Assembly (NCBI GenBank): GCA_016182045.1
Contig: JACOYE010000008.1
Coordinates: 502 to 64,501, forward strand
Direction: 5' to 3'
Source: Candidatus Microgenomates bacterium
GTDB taxonomy: Bacteria > Patescibacteriota > Microgenomatia > Daviesbacterales > UBA10151
Length of the DNA: 64,000 nt
The notes below the pieces were generated by a model, which saw only the letters and a program-made list of their open reading frames with translations, ran no database searches and was not told the origin of the DNA. Both the position numbers and the translations under genes were made by a program. Positions 9,035 through 18,033 of this stretch are shown here, one piece after another (position 1 is the first letter of the stretch; every line of letters begins with the position of its first letter).

Positions 9035-9610
9035 TTAGAAGGGCAAGTCCTCATCAGGAGAAACATTTTCAGAGGGAGGCTCTTCTGCTTTTGTACTCTT
9101 TTTTCCCTCCTCCTTTTCTTCTTTCTTCTCCTTGGAAGCTTCAGCGGAGGATGATTCTTCCTCGTCGGTCTTGGGACTGGATTTTGTTTGAGGCGTTGAT
9201 GTTGTTGAGGCAGCAGGAGCAGCTGGCAACTCTCCCAAAGCTACCTCTTCTCTTTGAGCAACCACTTCGCCATTTCCCTTAGGAGTTAAAAGAATCATAT
9301 CCTCTATTACAATCTCGGTAGTTTGTCTTTGGATACCATCTTGTCCCTCCCAGGAGCGGGTTTGCAGTCTGCCGGAAATAAAAACACGGTGACCCTTTTT
9401 AAGAAGTTGATTGCAAAGTTCTGCCAATTTATTCCAGGCCACTAACTTGTGAAAATCAACTTCTTCTTTTCTCTCTCCTTCTGAAACATAAGTGCGGTTG
9501 GTAGCAACACCAAAAGTACAAACTGCAGCGCCATTGGGGGTAAAACGTAATTCTGGATCTCTTGTCAGATTACCTATTAACTCAACCCTATTCCATGATC
9601 TGGACGCCAT
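9035..9610 (-). CDS. ssb: single-stranded DNA-binding protein
   Basis: OB-fold N-terminus (NRVELIGNLTRDPELRFTPNGAAVCTFGVATNR), an acidic tail ending DEDLPF, and a Gly/Ser/Glu/Lys-rich linker. Confidence 0.9.
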   Translation of the reverse strand: MASRSWNRVELIGNLTRDPELRFTPNGAAVCTFGVATNRTYVSEGERKEEVDFHKLVAWNKLAELCNQLLKKGHRVFISGRLQTRSWEGQDGIQRQTTEIVIEDMILLTPKGNGEVVAQREEVALGELPAAPAASTTSTPQTKSSPKTDEEESSSAEASKEKKEEKEEGKKSTKAEEPPSENVSPDEDLPF

Positions 9611-9696
9611 TTTTCTATACCCTACTTTCCATTTTCTCTTAATTTTAAATTTTTAATTTGTAATTTTTAATGAAAATTTAAAATTTTAAATTTCAA

Positions 9697-9730
9697 ACTC
9701 CGTTATCTTCTAATTAGAAGATAACGGAGT
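9697..9730 (-). terminator. perfect 15-bp hairpin (ACTCCGTTATCTTCT-AATT-AGAAGATAACGGAGT) overlapping the rpsF stop codon, followed by a T-rich stretch on the minus strand; possible attenuator between rpsF and ssb
   Basis: The inverted repeat is visible in the sequence, and downstream on the minus strand is TTGAAATTTAAAATTTTAAATTTTC. Confidence 0.4.
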
Positions 9731-9984
9731 ACATCTTCCTCTACTTTTAGAAGTTTGTCAAGACCTTTGGCACTTTTAGGCTCAGCATTAATCTCAAAAT
9801 GGGCATAAAAACCCTTGGCTTGTCTTTTGATTGGATATGCCAGATCTCTGATCCCCCAAAGATCTTCTTTTTCTACCTTGCCATCATCACCGGTTAGTTT
9901 TTTTACCACATTATCCACCAATACTTTGCGCTCCTTTTCCTCCAAATCCGGCTTTAAAACTAATGTTAAATAATATGAATTCAT
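9703..9984 (-). CDS. rpsF: 30S ribosomal protein S6
   Basis: MNSYYLTLVLKPDLEEKERKVLVDNVVKKL... fits the S6 fold. Confidence 0.85.
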   Translation of the reverse strand: MNSYYLTLVLKPDLEEKERKVLVDNVVKKLTGDDGKVEKEDLWGIRDLAYPIKRQAKGFYAHFEINAEPKSAKGLDKLLKVEEDVLRYLLIRR

Positions 9985-10027
9985 ATTTGGACAATTTTAC
10001 TAGGAAAGATCCGGGAATTCAATAGCT

Positions 10028-11074
10028 CTAACCAGCAAGACTTAATTGTTTTCCAACGTAAGCATATTGTCCACGTTCATCAGGCTCAACTAACTTGGCA
10101 GCTTCCTCCATAAGATAAGTATTTGAATCTACTATATTTTCTTTCCAATCAGTGCCCACTTTTTTAGCCATATCCTCGCCAGTAATACCTTTTCCAAGTC
10201 TAGTAGTAACAATCACTCTTCTAAATCCAAAAGGTCTTAAAATAGATGAGGCTAAATCATATAATGAAATAACTCCCTCTGGTGTAGGTCGATAAGAATC
10301 AGGATCTTGTAGTTCATAAGCTTGACTTATTCCAAAAGGCTGGAAATAAGGCTCCCTTTTTTGGGCAATTGTCATCATTTTATACATATCATATAGATCT
10401 TCTATCGGTGTTCTATCTCTTGGGTCATATAACTCTAACAATCCGTTAATCTCATCCTTGCCGCCGCCAACCTTGTGACGTCCAGCTTGTATGCTTCCAT
10501 AAGGAAATACTATGGCTGCAGTTCCTTTTGGTTTTAAACTAGTACGTAAAAGGTGTAATTTAGGTGGCATACCATATAGAGTAACATCCTTTCTCCTAAC
10601 TACTTCAACTAAAGTAGTATTATTCTTCTGGGCATATCTTTCTAAATAAGGATACATTTTTGCCATAAAAGCATCTTGTTTACCATTTGAAACAGAAGCG
10701 GCAACAGTCACAATAGCCCTTTGTAAGTTTTCTTCTAATCCAATCTCAGCTGCTACACTGCGCATTTCAGCAAATCCATCAGTTGCCAAAGCTGCTTCAA
10801 GATGTACAAAATGACCAGCATACATCATTGGAATTAATCCTTCCCTTGTATAAGCTATAAAAGTAGAACGGGCCTCAGGTGTGGACCAGTTTACCCTCTT
10901 TAATCTGGGAAGTCTTTCTAGAACCTGTTCTCCAAACCTATCTATTACACCAGTTCTGGCAATTTGGTGAAAAGCCCATTGTCCTACTGCTTTTAGTTTC
11001 CTGCTTTTTTCTAATTCTAAATTTTGATTAGCAGTATCTATAAATTGTCTTAATTGTTCTAATTCGATAGCCAT
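10028..11074 (-). CDS. hypothetical protein (348 aa)
   Basis: Long ORF. No confident motif match. Confidence 0.5.
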   Translation of the reverse strand: MAIELEQLRQFIDTANQNLELEKSRKLKAVGQWAFHQIARTGVIDRFGEQVLERLPRLKRVNWSTPEARSTFIAYTREGLIPMMYAGHFVHLEAALATDGFAEMRSVAAEIGLEENLQRAIVTVAASVSNGKQDAFMAKMYPYLERYAQKNNTTLVEVVRRKDVTLYGMPPKLHLLRTSLKPKGTAAIVFPYGSIQAGRHKVGGGKDEINGLLELYDPRDRTPIEDLYDMYKMMTIAQKREPYFQPFGISQAYELQDPDSYRPTPEGVISLYDLASSILRPFGFRRVIVTTRLGKGITGEDMAKKVGTDWKENIVDSNTYLMEEAAKLVEPDERGQYAYVGKQLSLAG

Positions 11075-11125
11075 AATGAATTATTATATCAAAACCCATA
11101 GTCGGCATCAATCTACGATAACCCC

Positions 11126-11154
11126 TTGACACTATAGGTTTTATTTGATAAAAT
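11126..11154 (+). promoter_or_regulatory. sigma70-like promoter TTGACA, 17 bp spacer, TAAAAT upstream of the 11190 gene
   Basis: TTGACA at 11126-11131 and TAAAAT at 11149-11154. Confidence 0.4.
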
Positions 11155-11189
11155 ATCTATAGCTTTTTATACTTAAATTTAGAATACTT

Positions 11190-11591
11190 ATGAGTATTAT
11201 AGAACGTGGAATAGATACTGTCCCTCTACAACCAAGTCTTGCCGAAGATGTCGCTGAAAAATTTCCCCAGCTTGGTCCAAAAATGACCGGTCCGGCTCAA
11301 TTCATTGAGGGAACTTTAAAGAAAAACGCAATAGAGGCTACATTAGAGGAGAAGTGGGATCTTACATTTTACTTACTTTGGGCCTCCAGAGGAACCGAAG
11401 CAGATGAAAGTATCTTAGAGAAATTTAATATTAATAGGGAAGATTTTACGACTAGATGCAACAGAATTGCAGAGGATGAGCGTTTAGTGCAAATATACGA
11501 TTTGCTTGATAGGTCAATTCCAGCCACAGTGGAACGCGCTCTGCAAAATGTAATTTCTGACAGAGGATATCATCGAAGAAGAAAGCTCTAA
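11190..11591 (+). CDS. hypothetical protein (133 aa)
   Basis: ORF with an upstream consensus promoter. It converges on ychF with a 4-nt overlap. Confidence 0.45.
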   Translation: MSIIERGIDTVPLQPSLAEDVAEKFPQLGPKMTGPAQFIEGTLKKNAIEATLEEKWDLTFYLLWASRGTEADESILEKFNINREDFTTRCNRIAEDERLVQIYDLLDRSIPATVERALQNVISDRGYHRRRKL

Positions 11592-12685
11592 CTACTTACC
11601 AAAAATTCAATTACATCCCCATCTTGGATTACATAATCCTTCCCCTCAGTTCTAATCCAACCTTTAGATTTTGCTTGAGCATAAGATCCAGCCTCAATTA
11701 GTTTTTCATATTCTATAACTTGCGCTCTAATAAAGTTTTTTTCAAAATCAGTATGAATTACTCCAGCTGCTTGGGGAGCTCTTGTTCCAGATTTAATGGT
11801 CCATGCTCTCACCTCTTTTGGTCCAGCTGTTAAAAATGAAGTTAAACCTAAAAGCTGATAAGCTTTTTTAATTAGCCTTTCCAAACCTGTTTCTTCTATT
11901 CCCAGCTCTTTCAAATAATCTATCCTTTCCTGATCGGACAAGTCAATTAATTCCTCTTCCAGCCTAGCTGAAATTACCATCTCATTCTTATAACTACCAC
12001 GATCGTAGAGTTGTGATTTATAGTCTTGTTCTGAAACATTGTAAACATATAAAATTGGTTTTATAGATAAAAGTGGCAAGTGTAAAAACCAACTCCTCAA
12101 TCTTTCATCCCCAATATTATATTGGCCGAGCCCTCTCCCATTTTCTAACTCATCTTTTATTTGTTTAAGTATTGCCAGTTTTTGAGATTCTAAAGGATCT
12201 TTTGATACCCTGGTTTCTTTCTCTTGATATGTACATAGCTTTTCTACGGTTTCTAAATCAGCTAGAGCCAACTCTGTTTCCACAGTTAATTTATCAGCAT
12301 CAGGGTTTTCTGATCCAGCGCGAGCCACAATTTGATCCTCAAAGTCTCTTAAAACATGGATTATGGCATCAACTTCTCTGATGTGGGATAAAAATTGGTT
12401 TCCCAACCCTTCTCCTTTATGGGCTCCTTTAACTAAACCAGCTATATCCACAAATTCCACAATAGCTGGAACTACTGGAGGCGGAGACTCCATTTTCTCC
12501 TCTTTCTGCACCAGCTCTGCAAGTTTTTCCAATCGCTCATCAGGCACTGCCACCACCCCCACATTCGGTTCCACTGTGGCAAATGGATAATTGGCTGAAA
12601 GTGCCACTCTTTTTTTCAAAAGAGCATTAAAAAGTGTACTTTTCCCTACATTTGGTAATCCCACTATCCCAACTCGTAGACTCAT
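11588..12685 (-). CDS. ychF: ribosome-binding ATPase YchF (Obg-family GTPase with a C-terminal TGS domain)
   Basis: P-loop GIVGLPNVGKSTLFNAL followed by the YchF-type region ANYPFATVEPNVGVV. A TATAAT box lies at 12693-12698 on the minus strand upstream. Confidence 0.9.
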   Translation of the reverse strand: MSLRVGIVGLPNVGKSTLFNALLKKRVALSANYPFATVEPNVGVVAVPDERLEKLAELVQKEEKMESPPPVVPAIVEFVDIAGLVKGAHKGEGLGNQFLSHIREVDAIIHVLRDFEDQIVARAGSENPDADKLTVETELALADLETVEKLCTYQEKETRVSKDPLESQKLAILKQIKDELENGRGLGQYNIGDERLRSWFLHLPLLSIKPILYVYNVSEQDYKSQLYDRGSYKNEMVISARLEEELIDLSDQERIDYLKELGIEETGLERLIKKAYQLLGLTSFLTAGPKEVRAWTIKSGTRAPQAAGVIHTDFEKNFIRAQVIEYEKLIEAGSYAQAKSKGWIRTEGKDYVIQDGDVIEFLVSS

Positions 12686-12759
12686 ATCCTATATTATACC
12701 CATCTATGGAAAATAAAACTGAATAGACAATTGAGTTATTTTGTTATAGTTTCGCTAGA

Positions 12760-12917
12760 TTGACAAACTTGGAGATTTGTAGTAAAAAGGCCCTGACGGT
12801 AGCCAGAATATACAATCCGACTACTCGTTTACTTAACTTCATGTAGTTGGTAACCTGACTACCGCCACTAACATGAAGGCAGTGACATTCGGGTGGCGTG
12901 GACGCGCCACCTTTTTT
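12760..12917 (+). ncRNA. candidate small RNA (~120 nt): TTGACA-17-TAAAAA promoter, then a transcript ending in an intrinsic terminator (GGTGGCG-loop-CGCCACC plus T6)
   Basis: TTGACA at 12760-12765 and the -10 box at 12783-12788. The hairpin is at 12892-12911 and T6 at 12912-12917. No plus-strand CDS exists upstream that the terminator could serve. Confidence 0.3.
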
Positions 12918-14535
12918 AAACAGTCTCACCTAACTTATGAATTCCTAAAATCTCCTTCACTTTCCTTATTATAGCTTTTGAGGAAATCTCTTCATAATCC
13001 AAAAGCTCTTGTGGTTTACCGCTTTTGGGCATTTTTTTAACTGCCAGAGAATATATCTTCCTATTTTGATTTGCTAAAGCAGACGCAACTGCCTCTCCTA
13101 TTCCTCCCTCTTGAAAATGATCTTCCACAGTTATTAGAGCTTTTGTCTCATCTTGAGCTTTCTTAAGAGTATACATATCCAGTGGTTTAACCGAATAAAG
13201 ATCAATTACTCTAATTGTTATCCCCATCTTTTTTAACTGATCAAATGCTTGTAATGCTTCATAAACTGTAATCCCAGCTGCCACCACAGTAACCTTATCT
13301 TCCTGAGATTGTTTCAAAATTTTACTTCCACCAATGGGAAATTTTTCATCATTTTTATATAAAAGAGGCATTTCTTTTCGGGTGGTTCTGATATAGACAA
13401 TTCCCTTGTGTTTGGCTGCCTCTTCCACTAATTTTTCTGTTGAGGTAGCATCCGATGGGTATAAAACTACACTTTTCAAAAGTGTCCTGAACATGGCAAT
13501 ATCCTCAAGGCCCATCTGGGATGACCCATCTTCACCAATGGATACTCCGGCATGGGAGCCGACAAATTTAATATTGACTCCGGAATACTGACTCATCCGG
13601 ATTTGATCAAAGGCCCGGGTAAAAAAGGCGGCAAAAGTGGAGACAAAAGGAATCTTGCCCATCTGGGACAAACCGATTGCCACTCCCACCATATTCTGCT
13701 CGGCAATAAACATCTCAAAAAATCTCTCAGGATATGCCTTTTTAAAAATTTCTGAATAAGTGGAATTAGAAACCTCGGCATCTAAAACTACCATGTTAGG
13801 AAACTTGGGGAATATCCTTACCAAAGCATTTCCATAAGCCTTTCTTGTCGCCACCAGATCACCTTGAGCATATTTGACAGAGTCAGTATAATTTTTTGAA
13901 CCGACTCTGTCATCCCGAGCGACTCCGACGTAAGTCGGAGGAGTCGAGGGATCTGGCTCGGCAATTTTTCCACGCAACTTCACATCCATATTTCCCAGCT
14001 CCTTTAAAGCTTTCTCCAACTCCTCAGAATTCAGTGCCTTACCATGCCATCCGTTCCGATCCTCCAAAAAAGATATTCCCTTACCTTTAATTGTTTTGGC
14101 CACAATCACAATTGGTTTATCTTTTACTTTTTGAGCTTTTTTAAAAGCATCCATAATTTCCTTAAAATTGTGACCATTTATCAAAATAGTCTCCCATCCA
14201 AAAGCAGCAATTCTTTTTGAGTAAGCTTTTATATTATGACCATACATGGTCTGGCCTCTTTGGCCTAATCTGTTAACATCCAAAATACCCACCAGATTAT
14301 CCAATTTATAGTGGGCGGCAATTTGAATTGCTTCCCAGACAGCCCCTTCTGCCATTTCACTATCACCTAACAGTACATAGGTTTTGTAACCTGATTTATC
14401 AACGTACTTGGCATTTAATGCCATCCCCATTCCAATAGAAAGACCCTGCCCCAAGGAACCGGTGGCTGCCTCCGTATATGGGAAAAGCATGGTTGGGTGA
14501 CCCTCCAACTTAGAGCCGAATTTTCTTAAAGTCAA
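12916..14535 (-). CDS. tkt: transketolase main body (TPP, Pyr and C-terminal domains); the reading frame has no ATG and continues from the N-terminal fragment in another frame
   Basis: LEGHPT...GSLGQGL...VLLGDSEMAEGAVWEA (TPP-binding) and later a ...SQMGLEDIAMFR-like Pyr domain. An in-frame repeat insert lies at 13905-13958. Confidence 0.8.
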   Translation of the reverse strand: MTLRKFGSKLEGHPTMLFPYTEAATGSLGQGLSIGMGMALNAKYVDKSGYKTYVLLGDSEMAEGAVWEAIQIAAHYKLDNLVGILDVNRLGQRGQTMYGHNIKAYSKRIAAFGWETILINGHNFKEIMDAFKKAQKVKDKPIVIVAKTIKGKGISFLEDRNGWHGKALNSEELEKALKELGNMDVKLRGKIAEPDPSTPPTYVGVARDDRVGSKNYTDSVKYAQGDLVATRKAYGNALVRIFPKFPNMVVLDAEVSNSTYSEIFKKAYPERFFEMFIAEQNMVGVAIGLSQMGKIPFVSTFAAFFTRAFDQIRMSQYSGVNIKFVGSHAGVSIGEDGSSQMGLEDIAMFRTLLKSVVLYPSDATSTEKLVEEAAKHKGIVYIRTTRKEMPLLYKNDEKFPIGGSKILKQSQEDKVTVVAAGITVYEALQAFDQLKKMGITIRVIDLYSVKPLDMYTLKKAQDETKALITVEDHFQEGGIGEAVASALANQNRKIYSLAVKKMPKSGKPQELLDYEEISSKAIIRKVKEILGIHKLGETV

Positions 14536-14758
14536 AAGCTTGCTCTCGCTGATTAGGATTTTTGGGATCTTTTAAATCAAAATGAAAAAATCCACCAAAG
14601 CAAAGAGCTACCATCAAATCAGTTGCAGATAAGGAGGAGGTGGGGTGCCCTGACCCTGCTTGGGTGGTAGATATCAGAATAAAGTAACGAATCAGTTTTG
14701 CTATTTTTTTTAAATCCCCAGCATTCATGACAACAAACTTTACCACATCATTATACAA
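14510..14758 (-). pseudogene. tkt: transketolase N-terminal fragment (82 aa) in a different frame from the main body; apparent frameshift and deletion
   Basis: AGSGHPTSSLSATDLMVAL...NPNQ matches the transketolase N-terminus and ends ...FDFKKIRL*. The expected GH(G/A) histidine segment is absent from both frames. Confidence 0.55.
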
Positions 14759-14786
14759 TTGATCAATTTTGCAATATAATTAATTT

Positions 14787-16121
14787 ATGGACTTTTTCTC
14801 AATTGTAACAAAGCTTCTTCTCAGTTTTGCCCTGGGAGCCCTGATTGGCCTGGAAAGAGAAGTTAGTGAGAAAAAAATCATCAACCGCCACAAACCCCCT
14901 ACAGCGGTATTGGGTCTAAGAACCTTTTCGCTGGCTGCAGTCTTAGGCGCACTCACAGGCATTTTATATTCTGATTATTTAATAGTTGCAACTGTTCTGA
15001 GTGTAGCTTTCTTATCCCTACTTTTGGTCTTTTATATCTTTGATAGTTACACAACAAAAGATATTGGCTTTACCACAGAACTAGCTATGGTTTACAGCTT
15101 CTTAATAGGTATTTTCGTCAGTTTAGACATCTTGCCTATTCAACTTATCATTGCTTTGACAGTTGTTTTGGTGTTACTGCTTTCAAGAAAACCGGAAGTT
15201 AAAACTATTGTGGCAGGTATTCAAAGAAGTGAGATAAATGCATTTTTAAGTTATGCCATTATTGCTCTGGTGGTCCTGCCCTTTTTGCCGAATATTTCTT
15301 ATGCTCTATCTGATATCCCCCAAGTTGGTGTATTTTTAAAAAACTTTGGTTTTGACGTGAGTATAGTCTCGCAAATTGATTTGATAAATCCCTTCAAACT
15401 TTGGCTTTTTGTGGCACTTATCACCGGCATTGATTTGGCAGGATATTTTCTGGAAAAAACAATTGGACGGAAAAAAGGATGGTTGATTGCCTCAGTAGCA
15501 GGAGGATTTGTCTCATCTACTGCCACCACCCAATCTTTGGCCCAACAAAGCAAAACTTCAAAAAGCGTAAACCATCTTTTAGGTGCAGCCATAATTTCAA
15601 ATTCGGTTAGTTTTCTTCAGATTGCCATTTTGATTTCCACAATTAATTTTGCTTTATTTTTAAAAATCATACCGACAATTTTAGTTATGTCCTTTATGGC
15701 TACTTTGATTGCCGCATATTTTTTTAACATCAAAGAGGAATTTGCAGATACTTTAGGAAGTAAACTTAAGCATAGGATTTTTAATTTGACTTCTGCATTA
15801 AAATTTGTCAGTTTGTTTGTGGTGATAAGTATCTTGTCTAAATTAACCCTCAAATTTTTTGGTGAAAGTGGTTTTTTGGCAACCACTGCCATTGGCTCTC
15901 TGGTAGGATTGGATGCAGTCATGATTAACACTGCTCAGCTAACACAAAGCGTGATTGATTATCGTTTGGGACTGATGGCATTTATAACAGCCAATGCCGT
16001 CAATCTTTTGGGGAAAAGTTTTTATAGTTTTATTTTGGGTGATCGGATATTTGCCCTAAAATTCTTTATCTCAATTGTCCTTATCATTTTGGCAAGTTTT
16101 ATGGGGTTATTATTTATATGA
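14787..16121 (+). CDS. MgtC/SapB-family membrane protein with an extended DUF4010-like C-terminal membrane domain
   Basis: N-terminal LGALIGLEREV motif typical of MgtC and multiple transmembrane segments. Confidence 0.65.
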   Translation: MDFFSIVTKLLLSFALGALIGLEREVSEKKIINRHKPPTAVLGLRTFSLAAVLGALTGILYSDYLIVATVLSVAFLSLLLVFYIFDSYTTKDIGFTTELAMVYSFLIGIFVSLDILPIQLIIALTVVLVLLLSRKPEVKTIVAGIQRSEINAFLSYAIIALVVLPFLPNISYALSDIPQVGVFLKNFGFDVSIVSQIDLINPFKLWLFVALITGIDLAGYFLEKTIGRKKGWLIASVAGGFVSSTATTQSLAQQSKTSKSVNHLLGAAIISNSVSFLQIAILISTINFALFLKIIPTILVMSFMATLIAAYFFNIKEEFADTLGSKLKHRIFNLTSALKFVSLFVVISILSKLTLKFFGESGFLATTAIGSLVGLDAVMINTAQLTQSVIDYRLGLMAFITANAVNLLGKSFYSFILGDRIFALKFFISIVLIILASFMGLLFI

Positions 16122-16126
16122 TAACT

Positions 16127-17992
16127 CTACTCTGTTTTGAAATACCAGCTTTTACTCCAGGGAACTGGCTGTCCATCACCTTGTATCCTGGGCCGAACGC
16201 GCCAATAATAAGTGGTATCTGAATCAAGATCAAACCATGACATCCAAGAATTTAAAGGATCACTCTCCCCACCATGAACCAGATTCCAATATACTGCAGC
16301 TTTAGCTTTGTGAGGATCTGTTTCAAAGTTGGGATCTTTGGATAGTTGAATTTCATAGTAGAAAACATCTTTATCGCTGTTATCCCAAACAAGAGTTGGT
16401 CTAAGGGAGCCTGTTATCTCACCTTCCCCCAGATTTAATGGCACAATACTATCGGAATCCCTCTCGGGAGTATGCAACCTAAATTTTATCGGAGGACTTG
16501 AGGCTTCTTTCAAAGGATAAGGGTAAAATTTTCCCCAATCAGGCGAATCAGCAGCAAGTGGGACATTGGCACCTGATATCCAAATTTCGAAATCAGGATA
16601 ACTCATATCAGGAAGAAGTATATAGTTACCTTCACCAAGTTTTGGAGCTTTTATCTCATAGCCGTTTTCTTCAAACTCTTTTAATTTTTGTGTGTCACCA
16701 TAAATCATAAAAATACCTGGCCCATCAGGCTGACCTGTGGTGGGATTTGCTACGGGAATAAGTTTTACCATGATTTGAGTTATTCCCTTAGGAAGCTGAA
16801 GGTGGGCGAGAATATCCATATTGTTTAACTGTATAACCTGCTCTGATTCCTCACCTTGTTTTATCATATTTCCTTGAATTTCAGCTCTAAATTCTGGTTT
16901 GTTGTAGCGGCGAGATACAGATTCTTTACCATTAAGCATTTCTTCCAACCACCAGGAATTAAGTTCGCCAAAAGTTGCATACTCAGGTGAAAGTGGCGGG
17001 GTATTCATCACATTATGCCTGCTGGTCCGCCAAGCCCCTCTTCTCTGAGAACTACATCCCTCGTATCTTTTACCAGGATCGCCTGGTATACCTTCCCAAT
17101 TGGGCTCTTCGGTGCAATTCCAATGTTTAGTTCCAACTGGCAGTGGGTTTGTATATGCCCAAGGGTAAACATATTCATCTAATAGATCAAGGATACCATG
17201 TCCGGCAAGCTCATGGGCAGCAATCATTTTGTCTGGAAAATCCGGGTTTGGTGGCAATCCGATTATGGCTGCTGTATCAAGACTTGGCGGAACTCTACCT
17301 TCATCAAGAGCTGTTCCTCTTCCCATTACTTCATTGGTGTTTCTAAGAATAACTGTCTCTTGCATGAAAATGCCAGTGGCCTCGATAGTCCTATCTCTTT
17401 CTCTTATTAGTTCAGAAGATGCGTCCCCTGGTACATCGGCGGAAGTTCCACAAAATATCATCCTTTTACCTTCTGGACCAAACTCAAAGCATCTCATATT
17501 TTCCATTCCAGTTGGATCACGAACCCAGAAGGTAAACTTATCAAGAAATTTTTCAAGAGGACGTACTAAATAAAAATATTCCACCAATTGACGTGATCTC
17601 TGTTTGGCTTCTTCAAAGGAGGAAAAATTATCCGGCAGAATAAGGATATTGATGTTATTAGGCTGATTTTCTCCGAAAATACGGGTGATGGTCACCCCCT
17701 GATTGGAAATCGTTTCAAATTCCCCTGTCACCACTTGGACTGGATTTTCGGGCATTTCCAGTTGGCTCAGATCATCTGGTCGCCAGCCAGATAAAAAGAG
17801 TTGATTATTCGGTTGATAAACTGGTGAGTTGTCAGAACTTCCATATCTACTGATATCTGTGGCAGCACTAAATACCAGCGGTACGGCTAAAACAGTATGC
17901 TTAATTAGCCTCAAGAGATTGAATCTATCTCTTTCTTTTTGTTTCTGATAATCTATCTTTAAATCGGGATAAAATCCTTCTATACTGCTCAT
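16127..17992 (-). CDS. membrane-anchored secreted protein, possibly metallopeptidase-like, with a C-terminal fibronectin-III-like domain
   Basis: N-terminal transmembrane segment, AAHELAGHGILDLLDEY (HExxxH...DEY, resembling M64-like peptidases but not canonical HExxH), and a C-terminal TYYWRVRP FN3-like signature. Confidence 0.4.
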   Translation of the reverse strand: MSSIEGFYPDLKIDYQKQKERDRFNLLRLIKHTVLAVPLVFSAATDISRYGSSDNSPVYQPNNQLFLSGWRPDDLSQLEMPENPVQVVTGEFETISNQGVTITRIFGENQPNNINILILPDNFSSFEEAKQRSRQLVEYFYLVRPLEKFLDKFTFWVRDPTGMENMRCFEFGPEGKRMIFCGTSADVPGDASSELIRERDRTIEATGIFMQETVILRNTNEVMGRGTALDEGRVPPSLDTAAIIGLPPNPDFPDKMIAAHELAGHGILDLLDEYVYPWAYTNPLPVGTKHWNCTEEPNWEGIPGDPGKRYEGCSSQRRGAWRTSRHNVMNTPPLSPEYATFGELNSWWLEEMLNGKESVSRRYNKPEFRAEIQGNMIKQGEESEQVIQLNNMDILAHLQLPKGITQIMVKLIPVANPTTGQPDGPGIFMIYGDTQKLKEFEENGYEIKAPKLGEGNYILLPDMSYPDFEIWISGANVPLAADSPDWGKFYPYPLKEASSPPIKFRLHTPERDSDSIVPLNLGEGEITGSLRPTLVWDNSDKDVFYYEIQLSKDPNFETDPHKAKAAVYWNLVHGGESDPLNSWMSWFDLDSDTTYYWRVRPRIQGDGQPVPWSKSWYFKTE

Positions 17993-18033
17993 AGAATTAA
18001 TTAGTTGAATATTATACAGCTATTAGACAATTT

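Noticed and set aside
9611-9696. AT-rich tandem-looking repeats (and those at 27773, 53502 and 59756) as a possible CRISPR array.
   Set aside because: There is no regular repeat-spacer periodicity and no cas genes. The repeats are single intercistronic spacers, not arrays.
11588-11591. Recurrent 4-nt overlaps of convergent gene ends (11588-11591, 19080-19083, 21269-21272, 41465-41468) as a possible regulatory feature.
   Set aside because: These are most simply explained by genome compaction, with stop codons sharing TTA/TAA on opposite strands. No conserved structure was seen.
12790-12920. Possibility that the candidate sRNA is SRP (4.5S) RNA; it contains AAGGCAG-UGAC, reminiscent of the E. 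coli ffs 3' strand.
   Set aside because: No GNRA-tetraloop hairpin with the conserved GGAAGCAG / AGG domain IV motifs could be found on either strand, so the resemblance is probably chance.
12744-12929. Small antisense or overlapping ORFs from the six-frame track (for example 12744-12929, 1043-1252, 4585-4887, 25291-25584, and many inside long genes).
   Set aside because: They lie wholly inside or antisense to well-supported genes, have no motifs, and have atypical composition, so they are treated as spurious.
16127-17992. HExxH zinc-metalloprotease motif in the 621-aa secreted protein.
   Set aside because: The sequence is HELAGH (HExxxH), not canonical HExxH, so a peptidase assignment is only tentative.
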